Of a stretch of DNA of 64,000 nt, positions 46,019 to 55,754 are shown one piece after another. This DNA comes from Candidatus Woesearchaeota archaeon (lineage in GTDB: Archaea > Nanobdellota > Nanobdellia > Woesearchaeales > JACPJR01). The stretch lies in the NCBI GenBank assembly GCA_016187565.1, contig JACPJR010000010.1, forward strand, positions 68,596-132,595, read 5' to 3'. The notes beneath the pieces are model-generated. The model worked only from the letters and a program-made list of their open reading frames with translations. It did no database searches and had not been told where the DNA came from. Made by a program: the position numbers and the translations under genes. The number at the start of each line of letters is the position of its first letter. The stretch's first letter is position 1.

Positions 46019-47233
46019 TCACTCATCATTATAGACATAGACAACCATACGGGGGACATCTAAGCTAATACCGTCTGGCTCGATCTTGATCCAGTTATTC
46101 TCCTGTCGATCAACGTAATTGGTGATAGAGCGTTCATAGAAAGGGTCTCTGGTGTCAATGTAGAAGAGCCTGCCATTCACACTAATGCGGGCAGCATGGT
46201 CCTGATTATCATCAGGAAATTCCAAACTCATGTTTACTTCCAAAAATCCATCTCTGACATCCTCAAATTCTTCAGTGCTCAAGGAAAAATAAAACAAGGG
46301 ATAACGGAGCTCTTTTAAGTGAGTGGTTATTTTAACTTGATCGATAAGATAGGATCCACGTTCAGTACGGAAACGGATACTGTTCTCTCCCACGTCCAGA
46401 TATGCCGGAGAAAATTCAAGAGGACGACTGGCACCACAATCGGGAATGCCGCTGAAGACTTCCTGATTATTGATGTAGGCGTGCAGCACACCAACCTGCC
46501 CGGTTGTACACTCAGCTGAAAATCGTAAGGTTGCTTTGTCCATGTTGTACTGCTCTGTTGCTGAAATAAGGAAAATATTTCGTGCTTCCTGGCGTGAAAG
46601 ATCGGTAATGTCACCAGTTACTTTGATATTTTCAAGCAGATATTCGTTTGTTTTCCAGAATTTCCAGCCAACGCTATCAACGGTAAACTCTAAGAGGTTG
46701 TTCCGTTGAAGGTATTCTTTCGGTAAGCTTATGGGGGCTGGATTGACACTTGTTAGTTCGTTACTTAAGAGCGTGTACCCATTGAGTTTAATAGTTAGAA
46801 AGCCTTGTGCACGTTTGACAGTAAAGGAGAGAAGGACATTATCAGTATTTTCAGGATCATCAATGGCAAAGCTCAGATTTGCAAATTTTTGATCTAAAAC
46901 TCCATTCTTCACATAAACACTGTTAAATTCTTTGATGCTATTGGCCTCTGTTCGCGTGGTGACAAAAACTGAGGGTACGGTATGTTCATATTCTTTAAAT
47001 TTAAGGTAGTCTAGTCTTCCGACTCGTTCATCAAGCACAAGACGTTCATAGTCTGGCGTGAATTCACCCTCTCCTTCGCCTCCACTTGGCTCGTCGCCGA
47101 AGAGTTCTGCCCGTTCCTTACCTGGTAAGAAGACAACATACAGAACAATGAGGAGGGTAATAATAAGAATGAGAACCGCTGCCTGTGAACCGCTTGGTGG
47201 TTGTGTCACTGCCCCTTTTTTTGTAGCAAGCAT
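46019..47233 (-). CDS. Secreted / membrane-anchored hypothetical protein (first gene of the minus-strand surface cluster)
   Basis: An N-terminal hydrophobic anchor (AAVLILIITLLIVLYVVFL), then a 370-aa beta-rich ectodomain. Confidence 0.5.
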   Translation of the reverse strand: MLATKKGAVTQPPSGSQAAVLILIITLLIVLYVVFLPGKERAELFGDEPSGGEGEGEFTPDYERLVLDERVGRLDYLKFKEYEHTVPSVFVTTRTEANSIKEFNSVYVKNGVLDQKFANLSFAIDDPENTDNVLLSFTVKRAQGFLTIKLNGYTLLSNELTSVNPAPISLPKEYLQRNNLLEFTVDSVGWKFWKTNEYLLENIKVTGDITDLSRQEARNIFLISATEQYNMDKATLRFSAECTTGQVGVLHAYINNQEVFSGIPDCGASRPLEFSPAYLDVGENSIRFRTERGSYLIDQVKITTHLKELRYPLFYFSLSTEEFEDVRDGFLEVNMSLEFPDDNQDHAARISVNGRLFYIDTRDPFYERSITNYVDRQENNWIKIEPDGISLDVPRMVVYVYNDE

Positions 47234-47284
47234 CGTAACAAAGTTTAAATAGTATTATTATAAAAATGTTTCGTAAATATAATA

Positions 47285-47640
47285 GTAAGCCTTTTATCGT
47301 CACAGCGCCATTGTAGGCGGTGCGACGGTCGTTTCTGCGGAAACGCCCTACGAGTCACCCCGACGGGGTCATCCCCCGACTCGCCGCACGCCCATGGGCG
47401 CTGACGCAACGGGGCTTGCCCCCCAAACTTTACCGAAGTTTGATCAAAAGGGTGCAACATAAAGTTGCACTTCGTGGCCTTCGTGTTGCCTGGATAGCCA
47501 CGGCGAAGAGCTTCATGCTCTTCCTTGCGTGTCAACTGAGCGTAACCAGTTGCGGGGTGTGCGTAGGATTGCTCCTTGAGCAATCCGTCAGCCGCCATAG
47601 TGGTGGCGTGCGTTTTGTGAATTGTGTTTTCAATGAAAAC
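47285..47640. ncRNA. GC-rich, palindrome-dense intergenic element; candidate structured ncRNA of unknown class (strand undetermined)
   Basis: About 60% GC in a ~38% GC context. At least 10 consecutive perfect or near-perfect hairpins are visible: GCG-GAAA-CGC, CGAGTC...GACTCG enclosing GGGG-TCAT-CCCC, GCGCCCATGGGCGC, GTGCAAC-ATAAA-GTTGCAC, GAAGAGC-TTCAT-GCTCTTC, CAACTG-AGCGTAAC-CAGTTG, and GGATTGC-TCCTTGA-GCAATCC. The ORFs across it are R-rich GC artefacts. Confidence 0.3.
47432..47501. repeat. Copy 2 of the ~55-70-bp repeated hairpin element (copy 1 at 32826-32895), embedded in the GC-rich element
   Basis: aagtttgatcaaaagggtgcaacataaagttgcacttcgtggccttcgtgttg. Confidence 0.75.
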
Positions 47641-47658
47641 CCTTAACTGGTGCCTCCT

Positions 47659-48723
47659 ATGCAGATTATCCATAAAGATTTGAAACATGGCAAAGTAAAG
47701 CTTAAAGTTACGGTTCTTGATGACCTGTGGTACCTCAGCCATTTAATTGATCCTGGTGACGAGATTAGTGGTAGGACAGAGCGAAAAATAAAATTAGGAA
47801 CTGGAGAGGAACGCCAGGTAAAAATTATCAAAAAATGGGTGACGCTTACTATACATGCAGCGAAGGTAGAATTTCATCCTTCTGCAACCATCTTACGGGT
47901 ATCGGGAAAAATCCTTGAAGGACCAGAGGATGTTCCCCGCGGAAGTTATCATACGATCAACGTTGAGGAACAGAGTATCGTTGTCATTCAAAAGGAAAAA
48001 TGGTTAACATACCAGATTGAACGCTTGGGTGAGGCAACAAAAGCAAAACATCCTAAAATACTCATCCTTGTTCTTGATCGCGAAGAGGCATTGTTTGCCC
48101 TTATGAAACCCTCAGGGTACCAATTATTGAGCAGCATTAAGGGAGAGGTCCAACGGAAACGTATTTCAGAACAGAAGAAAGGAAGTTTTTATGCTGATCT
48201 TCTGAAACTGATCGTGGAATATGATACCCGGTACAAGCTTGATAAGATTATTATTGGCAGTCCTGCGTTCTGGAAAGAAGACCTTCTCAAAGAATTAAAA
48301 GATTCTGAATGTAGAAAAAAGATTATTCTTGCAACCTGCAGTGATGCTGGCGAGCATGGTATCCAAGAGGTGCTCAAGAGGCCAGAAACGCAACATGCAC
48401 TTCATGAGGATCGTATCTCCAAAGAGATGACTCTTGTCGAGCAGCTTCTCCAAGAGATTTCCAAAGATAAACTTGCGGCGTACGGTATTACTGAGACAGC
48501 AGCTGCAGTTGATGCAGGAGCAGTACAAACATTATTGATTACTGATTCTTTTATTCAGCACGCACGCCAAAAAGGAACCTATGAAGCAATTGATCAATTA
48601 CTGAAAATGACCGATGCTGCCAAAGGAGAGATTATGATGGTGAGTAACGACCATGAAGGTGGCAAGAAACTGGATGGCTTGGGAGGAATTGCAGCATTGC
48701 TCCGATGGAAGTTGGCATACTGA
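47659..48723 (+). CDS. pelA: Pelota (Dom34-like) mRNA surveillance / ribosome rescue factor
   Basis: The N-terminus MQIIHKDLKHGKVKLKVTVLDDLWYLSHLIDPGDEISGRTER matches the Pelota N-domain consensus. The C-terminal eRF1-like domains are present. ATG 47659 is preferred over the GTG at 47650. Confidence 0.85.
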   Translation: MQIIHKDLKHGKVKLKVTVLDDLWYLSHLIDPGDEISGRTERKIKLGTGEERQVKIIKKWVTLTIHAAKVEFHPSATILRVSGKILEGPEDVPRGSYHTINVEEQSIVVIQKEKWLTYQIERLGEATKAKHPKILILVLDREEALFALMKPSGYQLLSSIKGEVQRKRISEQKKGSFYADLLKLIVEYDTRYKLDKIIIGSPAFWKEDLLKELKDSECRKKIILATCSDAGEHGIQEVLKRPETQHALHEDRISKEMTLVEQLLQEISKDKLAAYGITETAAAVDAGAVQTLLITDSFIQHARQKGTYEAIDQLLKMTDAAKGEIMMVSNDHEGGKKLDGLGGIAALLRWKLAY

Positions 48724-48809
48724 CCTTATGTTGGTTGCCTTAATCTTTCGTCTTAATCGTTAAGTTTATTAAGGACAATAATTGTGATATTTAATATACG
48801 CAGATTGCT

Positions 48810-51800
48810 ATGGAACTCACACACAAAAAAAGGGGTTGGACCAGAGAAACTTCTCAAAGATTTAACGGGATTGTACGGCTATCTTTCTTGGTGACGATAT
48901 TTTTAATATTTTCTTCACTTTTCTTTATCTTTTCGATGCCTTCGGTTAAGGCAGCATCATGTTTTAGCGAAGATAGTTGTTATGATGGATGTTCTGGGTA
49001 TAGTTTGAACGACTGTTACTTTGATGCTGACCACGATTGTCAGATAGGATCCTCTGATAATTGCAAGGATTGCTCTTGTAGTTGTGGAGGCTACCCTAAT
49101 ACAGGAAGCTGTGCTACTGAAGATGTAGTTTTTGGTCCGACATATTATTCGTGCGGGGATAGTTTTGATAACGATGGTGATGGAGATGAAGACTGTGCAG
49201 ACGACGACTGTACAGACAAAGAATGTGGCGGGGGAAATGTCTGTTTTGAAGGATCCTGTGTAGGTGGGCTTGGCCTCGTGTGTACATGGTACAATGGTGT
49301 TACTCCTCTTGCGGATTGCAATGGAGTGAATTGGTGTAACACAACTTACACGCTCACTGACCCCTTTCAATTCATGTTTCCATTTTTCAATACTACCCCA
49401 TCTGCGCCAGTTCCTTCATGTATTATTAGTGCATCAGGAAGAGCTGATAATTTGCAGGGTATTTACATGAATGTTACCCTTAGTGGGGATTGTACTGGAG
49501 ATAACTGTCCTACTGAAGGAGATCTGACTGAACCATGGTGGGAACCCTTTCCCCCATCCCTTACTGCACGAACTCATACGTATGATTTGAGTGATGAAGA
49601 TGGTGTACCAGAACATACAAAACCATTTGATTGTTCTCTTCCTGCCTCGGTAAATGTTACTGAACAACCTGGCTATTTTACTAATCCGAATTGTTGTGGT
49701 GATGGTACGAACGTTTCTGATGCCCTTGCTGATCAAGGTATGATTGCGAATATTTCGAATATTCCTATCTCTCTTTGTGTTCGTCAAGATGTTGATCAGA
49801 ATGCGCTTCAGGATCAAGATACGTATGTAGGGGGTACAGGATGTCCTTATCCATTAGGCAGAAATCCTGGCATTGAGACGCAAGGTCCATGGTTATGGGA
49901 GCAAGCATCGGCGCTACAAAACCTGTGGAAGATCTATACAATAAATCTTAATGAATCTTGCTGGCAGATTCCCAAACCGCAGGGGGCATTTGACCGTCCT
50001 GTTTATGATGTTATAGGATGGGGTGCTACAAATAATCCTCAATGGATTGCATGCGATCCTTTTGGAGCATTTAATCTGAGCAAGAGTCAGCGTGAAGGAC
50101 AGGCTCCGGGTTTAGATTTGGGAAATGCAAATTCAGGAATTACCGTAACACCACCTCCTGATCTGCCGGAATCTGGAGGGGGTAATGGGGGTGTTGTCCC
50201 CGATGCTGGATTTTTTGAGGATCTTGGTATCCATATACAATTCCCTAAAAAAACATACGATGAGGACAAAAGTGCATGGATTTCCTGTCTTCCTGACGCA
50301 GGATCTGGAAGGAATCTTACACGAATTGTTTGTGAAGGCAGTGGTTTTGAAGGTGATGCTATCCAAGCAAACAGTTCCTTCTTTACGCATAATGAAACCA
50401 GTCAAGGAACGGGAACTTTCCATCGAGATGAGCTGTTGAATAACAAAGAATTTAGCAATTTACCAATATATTTTAATGGTGACTTACAAAAGGGATATCA
50501 TAATCTTACCCTCCAGACAAACGGAACAAATAGTAGGGCCTATGTTTTTGCAAGTCAATATCTTGTATTAAGCGATACTACGGAAGACGAGCCTGTTGGG
50601 TCTGATACTGATAGGGTCATCTGCTACGATGAAGGTAATCGTGGATCCTGGGCAGTGTGTTGCGGTTACTCTTATGCAGATTGTCCAACAGAAAATAATG
50701 GGTTATGGGATGTGAATGCTAACCCTAATCCTAAAGTTAAGCGATCCGGTGAGGTTCTGGGGTCTGTTATTGATTATTATAACTCTGATGATCCGTCAGC
50801 AAATTACGTCTTGAAGTTATGGATTGCTACGGCAAGAATAGACCAAGAGTCTGGGTTTATCTATGGACTCATAAATGATGTTGCTCACTCGTTCAACAAC
50901 AATCCTAATGATGATTATATGGATGCGCCTCTTCGCATTACTAACTGGAAAAATTATTCTTTCCTTGAGTTTGATATTGCTTTTACAACCACTGATCTAT
51001 GGAACATTACTATTTTTGATAGTGCTGCTTATCCTATTAGTGATGACATTTTAACTCAAGAATCACAACTTAATCTCCTGCAATTTAATATCTCTTATCC
51101 ATCAAAAGCCCCTCTTTTTAATCGTAGAATCATTGACTACTCTACTGATGGGAATGAGCTCTATGAATGGCACCATATTAAAATTCCACTTCCACCATCA
51201 CTTAAGCAAGAGGACATCTCCCTTATTATGTTTGTGGGTGATAGAGAGGCAATCAAGAATGAAGTACATTATCGTTGGGGAAAGCTTGACGTATTTAATA
51301 TTGGAGGAAATACAGCAGCAGTTTTTGGTTTAGATCGGATGTATCTTTCTCGGGATAGTATGAGTTACACTAATAACACGTTCTGTAGCGGAGGTGGCCG
51401 ATGGATTGATGACCTTGATGAAAGCGCCTTAGCTTGTGATAATACCGCTAAAACTGCATGGACAGGCTCTCAGTGTTGCGGAGATGATCCGCATGAATAC
51501 TATGCAGATCCAGCGGGCTTACATGCCTGTTGGGATGGAAGGATTGTACCACACGACACACGGATTATGCAGGTTGACTACACCGTTACCGGGTCCTCAA
51601 CAGAGTCTCATGCCTGTAAAGGATACAATTCCTTTATCAGTGCGACTGCGGAAGAAGATGCAGAGGAATTTGTGAATGCCTGTTTGTATCCGATGCCGAG
51701 AACAGGTAGAGCTCTTTATACTGTAGCTAATCCTTACACGGAACTTTACAATGTATCTTTCTTTGCCGCAGAAAATGGCGCTCAATATTTTAGTCAAGCA

Positions 51801-54023
51801 ACTACCGACAGTGCATTGGTTGCCGTCCATGATGTGAAAATGCAGGTGCTTGCAAACAATGGAAACTTGTATGGCTGCAATGCCTCTGATTATGTTATTG
51901 ATCATGCTGGCTCCGGAGTTATTCGAGAGAGTATTCCTTGCGAGGTCAAAGGATCATGGTTCTGCTCTGGCACAAACCAATGGTTAAATAAGAGCGATTC
52001 CCGATATACGCTTGGTGAAACTGAAGTCATGAACCTAACAGCCATTCCGTGGGAAATTCCCTGGTATGATCCAACACCTCGTGCAGAATGCTGTGGCAAT
52101 AATGCCTGTTGGAATGGGACAACTTGTCAATCAGAATATACGTACTTTAACCAGACAACAGATGAGGGAAATGATATCTATGTCTGTAAAGCAAGCCAGT
52201 GGTATGGCCCTGTTCCGTTGAAATGGGACTGGGATCATGATCAAGCAAGCTTCTGCTGGAACAATACCCAATGCTTTTGTCCTTACGATGATGATAAGTG
52301 TGATCCTGTCGATGATCGTAACTGTGTTGATGAGAACTATTTTTATCGTGATAACTTTTGCCTGTCAACCGGATGGAACGGCACAGCTTATAATGATAGT
52401 GTCTGGACCACGCGAACTGCCTTATTGGCCACACAACTCTTGACCTTTGTCAACCGTACCAGTTCAGATAATTATACCCTTTTCTGTGATTACTATAACT
52501 TATCAACCAATTATTGGGGCGAAACAGAGATTTGGAATGGCCCTTTTTTAGGTTTAGAAGGACTCAATAATTATTGTGTTCTGAACTACGAGACTGGTGA
52601 AGGTTGGCGTGTCATTGTTGGTGCAAGTTTATGGGAGAGTGAAGGGTATACTGTTCAGAATTTCCTTGACGAGATCCTTCAGGAAACTCCGACAATTTGT
52701 GATAATGTAGGGAGCACAACATTCGAGGAATGTGCTGATGGAGAACTGATCATGGCGTACTGGAATAACCAAACGAAATCTATGCTTTTTGCAGAGGAGG
52801 AATTACATGGATTCTCTTTAGAACCAGGTGATAAGCTTGTGCTCAACGGTGGAAACCTTCTTCAGAACTTTAATCTCTTTTTACAGTTTGTCTTTGCAAA
52901 GATACGGAATACGGCTACGCATCTCTTAGGATTACAGGGAGAAGAGACACAGCATCTTGCGGTTGCTGAAGACTTTGACAGGCTTTACCTCTTCAAAGAA
53001 AATCAGAAGGAAATAAAAGGCATGGTGCGTGAGGATTTGGATGGAAAATATCTGCTCGTATCATATTTCAACGCAACAACCGATATCTGTAAAGCAGTAC
53101 AAGCGTACAACATCTTGAATCAAGGTATGGGTGGAAGTCCTTTTGCCTGTAATGTAAGCGTTTATGAAGATGATAGCTGGTCGTATAATGTTGTTACGAG
53201 ACGTAATAGCAGTCCTGAAGAGTGGTCGTATCTCATTGGTCTGAATGCATGGCCAAGCTTAGGTGCAATGTCTCGTCTTGATGTGGCTGATTTCGGATAT
53301 GTTCCCACCATGGCTTCTATTAACGCTGAAATCATCGAAGGTCAGGCGCTCCTTACCTCGTTTGAGTTTGAAGCCGTTGTTGCTGGAACTGCGCCGGATT
53401 CATATTTGTGGGACTTTGGTGATGCTTCGCAAGGTACGGGAAAGACCATAACCCATAACTATGCAATTGCAGGATCCTACAATGTAACTCTGAATGCTTC
53501 TTATGATGGGCGTATCATTCAGGACAGGATTGTGGTTACAGTTCGTGAGCCTGCATTAGACTGTACGCTCCGAAGCACTGCTTGTAATAACGAAGAGGTC
53601 GGCGTCTTATCACTTTTAGAGCAGACAAATTCGCATATATTTACCTATGATCCGAATAGTGAATACAATATTTGCTGTACACCACCAACCTGTCAGCTTA
53701 AGGTAACAACACCCCCTAGTACTTGTGGATCTCTTGCCTGTATTACTGCTCTTACTCAAATGACTGGTTCAGGGGAAGGCTCTCATGCTGCTCTTTGCGA
53801 CACAGCTGACTTAGATCATGTTTGTATGGATGTTACTAATTGTGGTGCTTATGATTTGAGCTGTAACCAGGAAGATCAGAGTGAAGAAGGTTGGGAAAAT
53901 TGGGGTGCTTGTACAACGGGAAGCTGTGTAGTAACCATTTCATCAGATGGAACTCACCTGTCAGGTTGTGACTACTATCCCTTCCCTGTTTCAGTCTGTT
54001 GTGGACTGAATGATGATAACTGA
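48810..54023 (+). CDS. Giant (1737 aa) secreted Cys-rich surface protein with PKD domain near the C-terminus
   Basis: An N-terminal signal/anchor. About 110 Cys and many N-x-S/T sequons. PKD signature: SYLWDFGDASQGTGKTITHNYAIAGSYNVTLNASY. A C-terminal Cys-rich tail. Confidence 0.7.
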   Translation: MELTHKKRGWTRETSQRFNGIVRLSFLVTIFLIFSSLFFIFSMPSVKAASCFSEDSCYDGCSGYSLNDCYFDADHDCQIGSSDNCKDCSCSCGGYPNTGSCATEDVVFGPTYYSCGDSFDNDGDGDEDCADDDCTDKECGGGNVCFEGSCVGGLGLVCTWYNGVTPLADCNGVNWCNTTYTLTDPFQFMFPFFNTTPSAPVPSCIISASGRADNLQGIYMNVTLSGDCTGDNCPTEGDLTEPWWEPFPPSLTARTHTYDLSDEDGVPEHTKPFDCSLPASVNVTEQPGYFTNPNCCGDGTNVSDALADQGMIANISNIPISLCVRQDVDQNALQDQDTYVGGTGCPYPLGRNPGIETQGPWLWEQASALQNLWKIYTINLNESCWQIPKPQGAFDRPVYDVIGWGATNNPQWIACDPFGAFNLSKSQREGQAPGLDLGNANSGITVTPPPDLPESGGGNGGVVPDAGFFEDLGIHIQFPKKTYDEDKSAWISCLPDAGSGRNLTRIVCEGSGFEGDAIQANSSFFTHNETSQGTGTFHRDELLNNKEFSNLPIYFNGDLQKGYHNLTLQTNGTNSRAYVFASQYLVLSDTTEDEPVGSDTDRVICYDEGNRGSWAVCCGYSYADCPTENNGLWDVNANPNPKVKRSGEVLGSVIDYYNSDDPSANYVLKLWIATARIDQESGFIYGLINDVAHSFNNNPNDDYMDAPLRITNWKNYSFLEFDIAFTTTDLWNITIFDSAAYPISDDILTQESQLNLLQFNISYPSKAPLFNRRIIDYSTDGNELYEWHHIKIPLPPSLKQEDISLIMFVGDREAIKNEVHYRWGKLDVFNIGGNTAAVFGLDRMYLSRDSMSYTNNTFCSGGGRWIDDLDESALACDNTAKTAWTGSQCCGDDPHEYYADPAGLHACWDGRIVPHDTRIMQVDYTVTGSSTESHACKGYNSFISATAEEDAEEFVNACLYPMPRTGRALYTVANPYTELYNVSFFAAENGAQYFSQATTDSALVAVHDVKMQVLANNGNLYGCNASDYVIDHAGSGVIRESIPCEVKGSWFCSGTNQWLNKSDSRYTLGETEVMNLTAIPWEIPWYDPTPRAECCGNNACWNGTTCQSEYTYFNQTTDEGNDIYVCKASQWYGPVPLKWDWDHDQASFCWNNTQCFCPYDDDKCDPVDDRNCVDENYFYRDNFCLSTGWNGTAYNDSVWTTRTALLATQLLTFVNRTSSDNYTLFCDYYNLSTNYWGETEIWNGPFLGLEGLNNYCVLNYETGEGWRVIVGASLWESEGYTVQNFLDEILQETPTICDNVGSTTFEECADGELIMAYWNNQTKSMLFAEEELHGFSLEPGDKLVLNGGNLLQNFNLFLQFVFAKIRNTATHLLGLQGEETQHLAVAEDFDRLYLFKENQKEIKGMVREDLDGKYLLVSYFNATTDICKAVQAYNILNQGMGGSPFACNVSVYEDDSWSYNVVTRRNSSPEEWSYLIGLNAWPSLGAMSRLDVADFGYVPTMASINAEIIEGQALLTSFEFEAVVAGTAPDSYLWDFGDASQGTGKTITHNYAIAGSYNVTLNASYDGRIIQDRIVVTVREPALDCTLRSTACNNEEVGVLSLLEQTNSHIFTYDPNSEYNICCTPPTCQLKVTTPPSTCGSLACITALTQMTGSGEGSHAALCDTADLDHVCMDVTNCGAYDLSCNQEDQSEEGWENWGACTTGSCVVTISSDGTHLSGCDYYPFPVSVCCGLNDDN

Positions 54024-54075
54024 TCTATCAACCAATAACTAAACTAACGGAAAAAAACGCTGTGAGGTGCTGATT

Positions 54076-55068
54076 ATGCAAATAACCATTAATATTGAGA
54101 AAAAGCACGTGTATCTTTTGATTGGAACACTGGTACTCTTAGCAAGTATTGTCCTTGTTGTTGCTACCGGATGGACGTCAGGCACGTCGTTTCATGATAT
54201 TCTTTATGCAAACACTATTCGGGCGAAAGATCAAGGCACAGTAACTGTCAATGATGGTTTGACTGTCGAGAGTGCAGCAAGAGTCAACGATGGTTTGACA
54301 GCGGATGGTCTTACGATAAATCAGAATGCGGCTATTGCTGGAACCCTTACTGTTGGAGGAAGAACAACTATTGGTGGGGTACTCGACGTTGCTACCCTTC
54401 AGCCCGCCTCATCGTTACTTACTGTTTCTTCGGATCTGAAGATTACCGGGGAGTATAATGATGTTCGCTATATCCGTATGGGAAATAAGAATCCTGGAAC
54501 CTATTACTATCTACGTTTTTTAAGTGATGATATAAGTCCGAATTCAGGAGAGGGACATTTTGGTGGAATTATGCACAACGTTAATGATCCAAACTTTGGA
54601 GATGGAAATGATTTTACTATTTTCAGCTATGGCAACAGAGACATCTGGTTGTATCCTTCGGGAGGGAAGGTTGTGGCAAAGGGGAATACTGAGGTGGAAG
54701 GTACTCTTACTACTGGGAAAACTGAGGTGAGAGGTGATCTTACTGTTACTGGGAAAATACAGAGTCTTCATGTTTTTGAGTCTCTGTGTAATGATGGGCA
54801 CAAGGAAAGCGGTGAATGGAATGACGAAGCATGGTGTGGAAGCGAAAACGAGTTACTTACCGAAAGTACTTGTGTGGTTTTTGTTCGTAGCTTTAATCAG
54901 AACGATGATGATACTGACCCTATTAAAGGTGGATGGTGTGAAATTGAACAAAACAGGCTTGTTGGCCATATGTTTACCAGTGGAAGTGATGGTGATAATA
55001 CTGCTGCGAACATGATCTGTGGTGCTCTATGCGGCTCAGCGTTAATCCAACATGGGGAGTTGAGCTAG
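54076..55068 (+). CDS. Secreted beta-repeat protein with N-terminal signal-anchor (hypothetical)
   Basis: A GAGGTG RBS lies 5 nt before ATG 54076. One N-terminal TM helix. There are G/T/N-rich repeats (NDGLTVESAARVNDGLTADGLTINQNAAIAGTLTVGG) and a C-terminal Cys-containing region. Confidence 0.5.
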   Translation: MQITINIEKKHVYLLIGTLVLLASIVLVVATGWTSGTSFHDILYANTIRAKDQGTVTVNDGLTVESAARVNDGLTADGLTINQNAAIAGTLTVGGRTTIGGVLDVATLQPASSLLTVSSDLKITGEYNDVRYIRMGNKNPGTYYYLRFLSDDISPNSGEGHFGGIMHNVNDPNFGDGNDFTIFSYGNRDIWLYPSGGKVVAKGNTEVEGTLTTGKTEVRGDLTVTGKIQSLHVFESLCNDGHKESGEWNDEAWCGSENELLTESTCVVFVRSFNQNDDDTDPIKGGWCEIEQNRLVGHMFTSGSDGDNTAANMICGALCGSALIQHGELS

Positions 55069-55123
55069 TTAAACAGTTTCTTTCGTGTCTGAACAACGCT
55101 TGTTTTAACGAAACTGTTCAGCC

Positions 55124-55153
55124 TGAACGTTCTAACGTTCAGAAATAGCAAAA
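55124..55153. repeat. 30-bp repeat containing the imperfect palindrome GAACGTTCTAACGTTC (second copy 57219-57249)
   Basis: gaacgttctaacgttcagaaatagcaaaaa is present at both sites. In the second copy it directly abuts the end of the 275-bp repeat. In the first copy it lies 220 bp upstream of that repeat. Confidence 0.75.
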
Positions 55154-55375
55154 AGTGAAGCAGGAATAAGGATTTTACAATATGAACAGAGACCGTAATC
55201 TTTTTTGCTGAAACTCCTTGCTGATCATAGTTGATTTGTCACCCTGTCACCAAAGTATACGCCAAGCTGGTTTACCATCTGACTCCAGTCTCTGACTGTC
55301 TGCCGTTTCTCATATGAGTCGATAACTACCAGGTACAGCAGCTTGAACAAATCATCTTCTATTTTTAGAAGCTCA

Positions 55376-55650
55376 AAATAATGGCTCCATGACAATTGGT
55401 GAGACAGTGTCTCACTTTTTTGGTATTTCAGATAAAACAGCCTCATAGATATATCAGATTGCTTTTGCTAAACCCTTTCCCATACATCAGTTTCAAGTCT
55501 TTAGAAAGGTTTTCTAAGAGTGCTGAGAATTAATCAGTGCAGAATAATAATTTTTTCTTTTCATAAACCCCACCGAATAAAGAAACACTTGCACATACTT
55601 ATAAATATTCTGTTTACTGGCGGTGTATGGGAAAGTAATTCTGTAATCCG
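55376..55650. repeat. Direct repeat A (~275 bp) flanking the MNT-HEPN cassette
   Basis: About 97% identical to 56941-57219. The only indel is a 6-bp gcaagg insertion in copy B. Confidence 0.85.
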
Positions 55651-55683
55651 GTGTCGTCAAAAAACCAAAAATTAATTAAAAAT

Positions 55684-55732
55684 ACTCCAAAAACAGAAGC
55701 AATCACTCCAAAAACAGAAGCATTTATAAATG
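55684..55732. promoter_or_regulatory. Tandem 18-bp direct repeat (actccaaaaacagaagca x2, 3-bp spacer) immediately upstream of a TATA-like box (tttataaa) and the MNT gene; putative autoregulatory operator plus promoter
   Basis: Read directly: 55684-55701 and 55705-55722 are identical. tttataaa lies at 55723-55730, ~25 bp before ATG 55755. Confidence 0.4.
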
Positions 55733-55754
55733 AGCTTGTCTAACCATTATCAAA

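Noticed and set aside
47285-47640. Identification as RNase P RNA or SRP RNA
   Set aside because: I could not find the universally conserved P4/CR-I (GGAAAGUCC), the CR-V motif, or the SRP helix-8 GGAAG(G)AAGCAGC motif by eye. I have left it as an unclassified structured element pending covariance-model search.
47245-47742. 165-aa (minus) and 108-aa (plus) ORFs across the GC-rich element
   Set aside because: They are arginine-rich products of a palindromic GC-rich region. The minus ORF overlaps the pelota start. They are better explained as a non-coding element.
54076-55068. Archaeal type-IV pilin (class III signal peptide) call for the 331-aa repeat protein
   Set aside because: The N-terminus has a hydrophobic helix, but it lacks a clear K/R-G/A prepilin-peptidase cleavage motif directly before it. 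I kept it as a generic secreted repeat protein.
55225-55446. 73-aa ORF (minus) and 66-aa ORF at 56814..57014 (+)
   Set aside because: Both lie largely within the 275-bp direct repeats flanking the TA cassette. Their reading frames differ between the two repeat copies, so they are probably non-coding repeat sequence.
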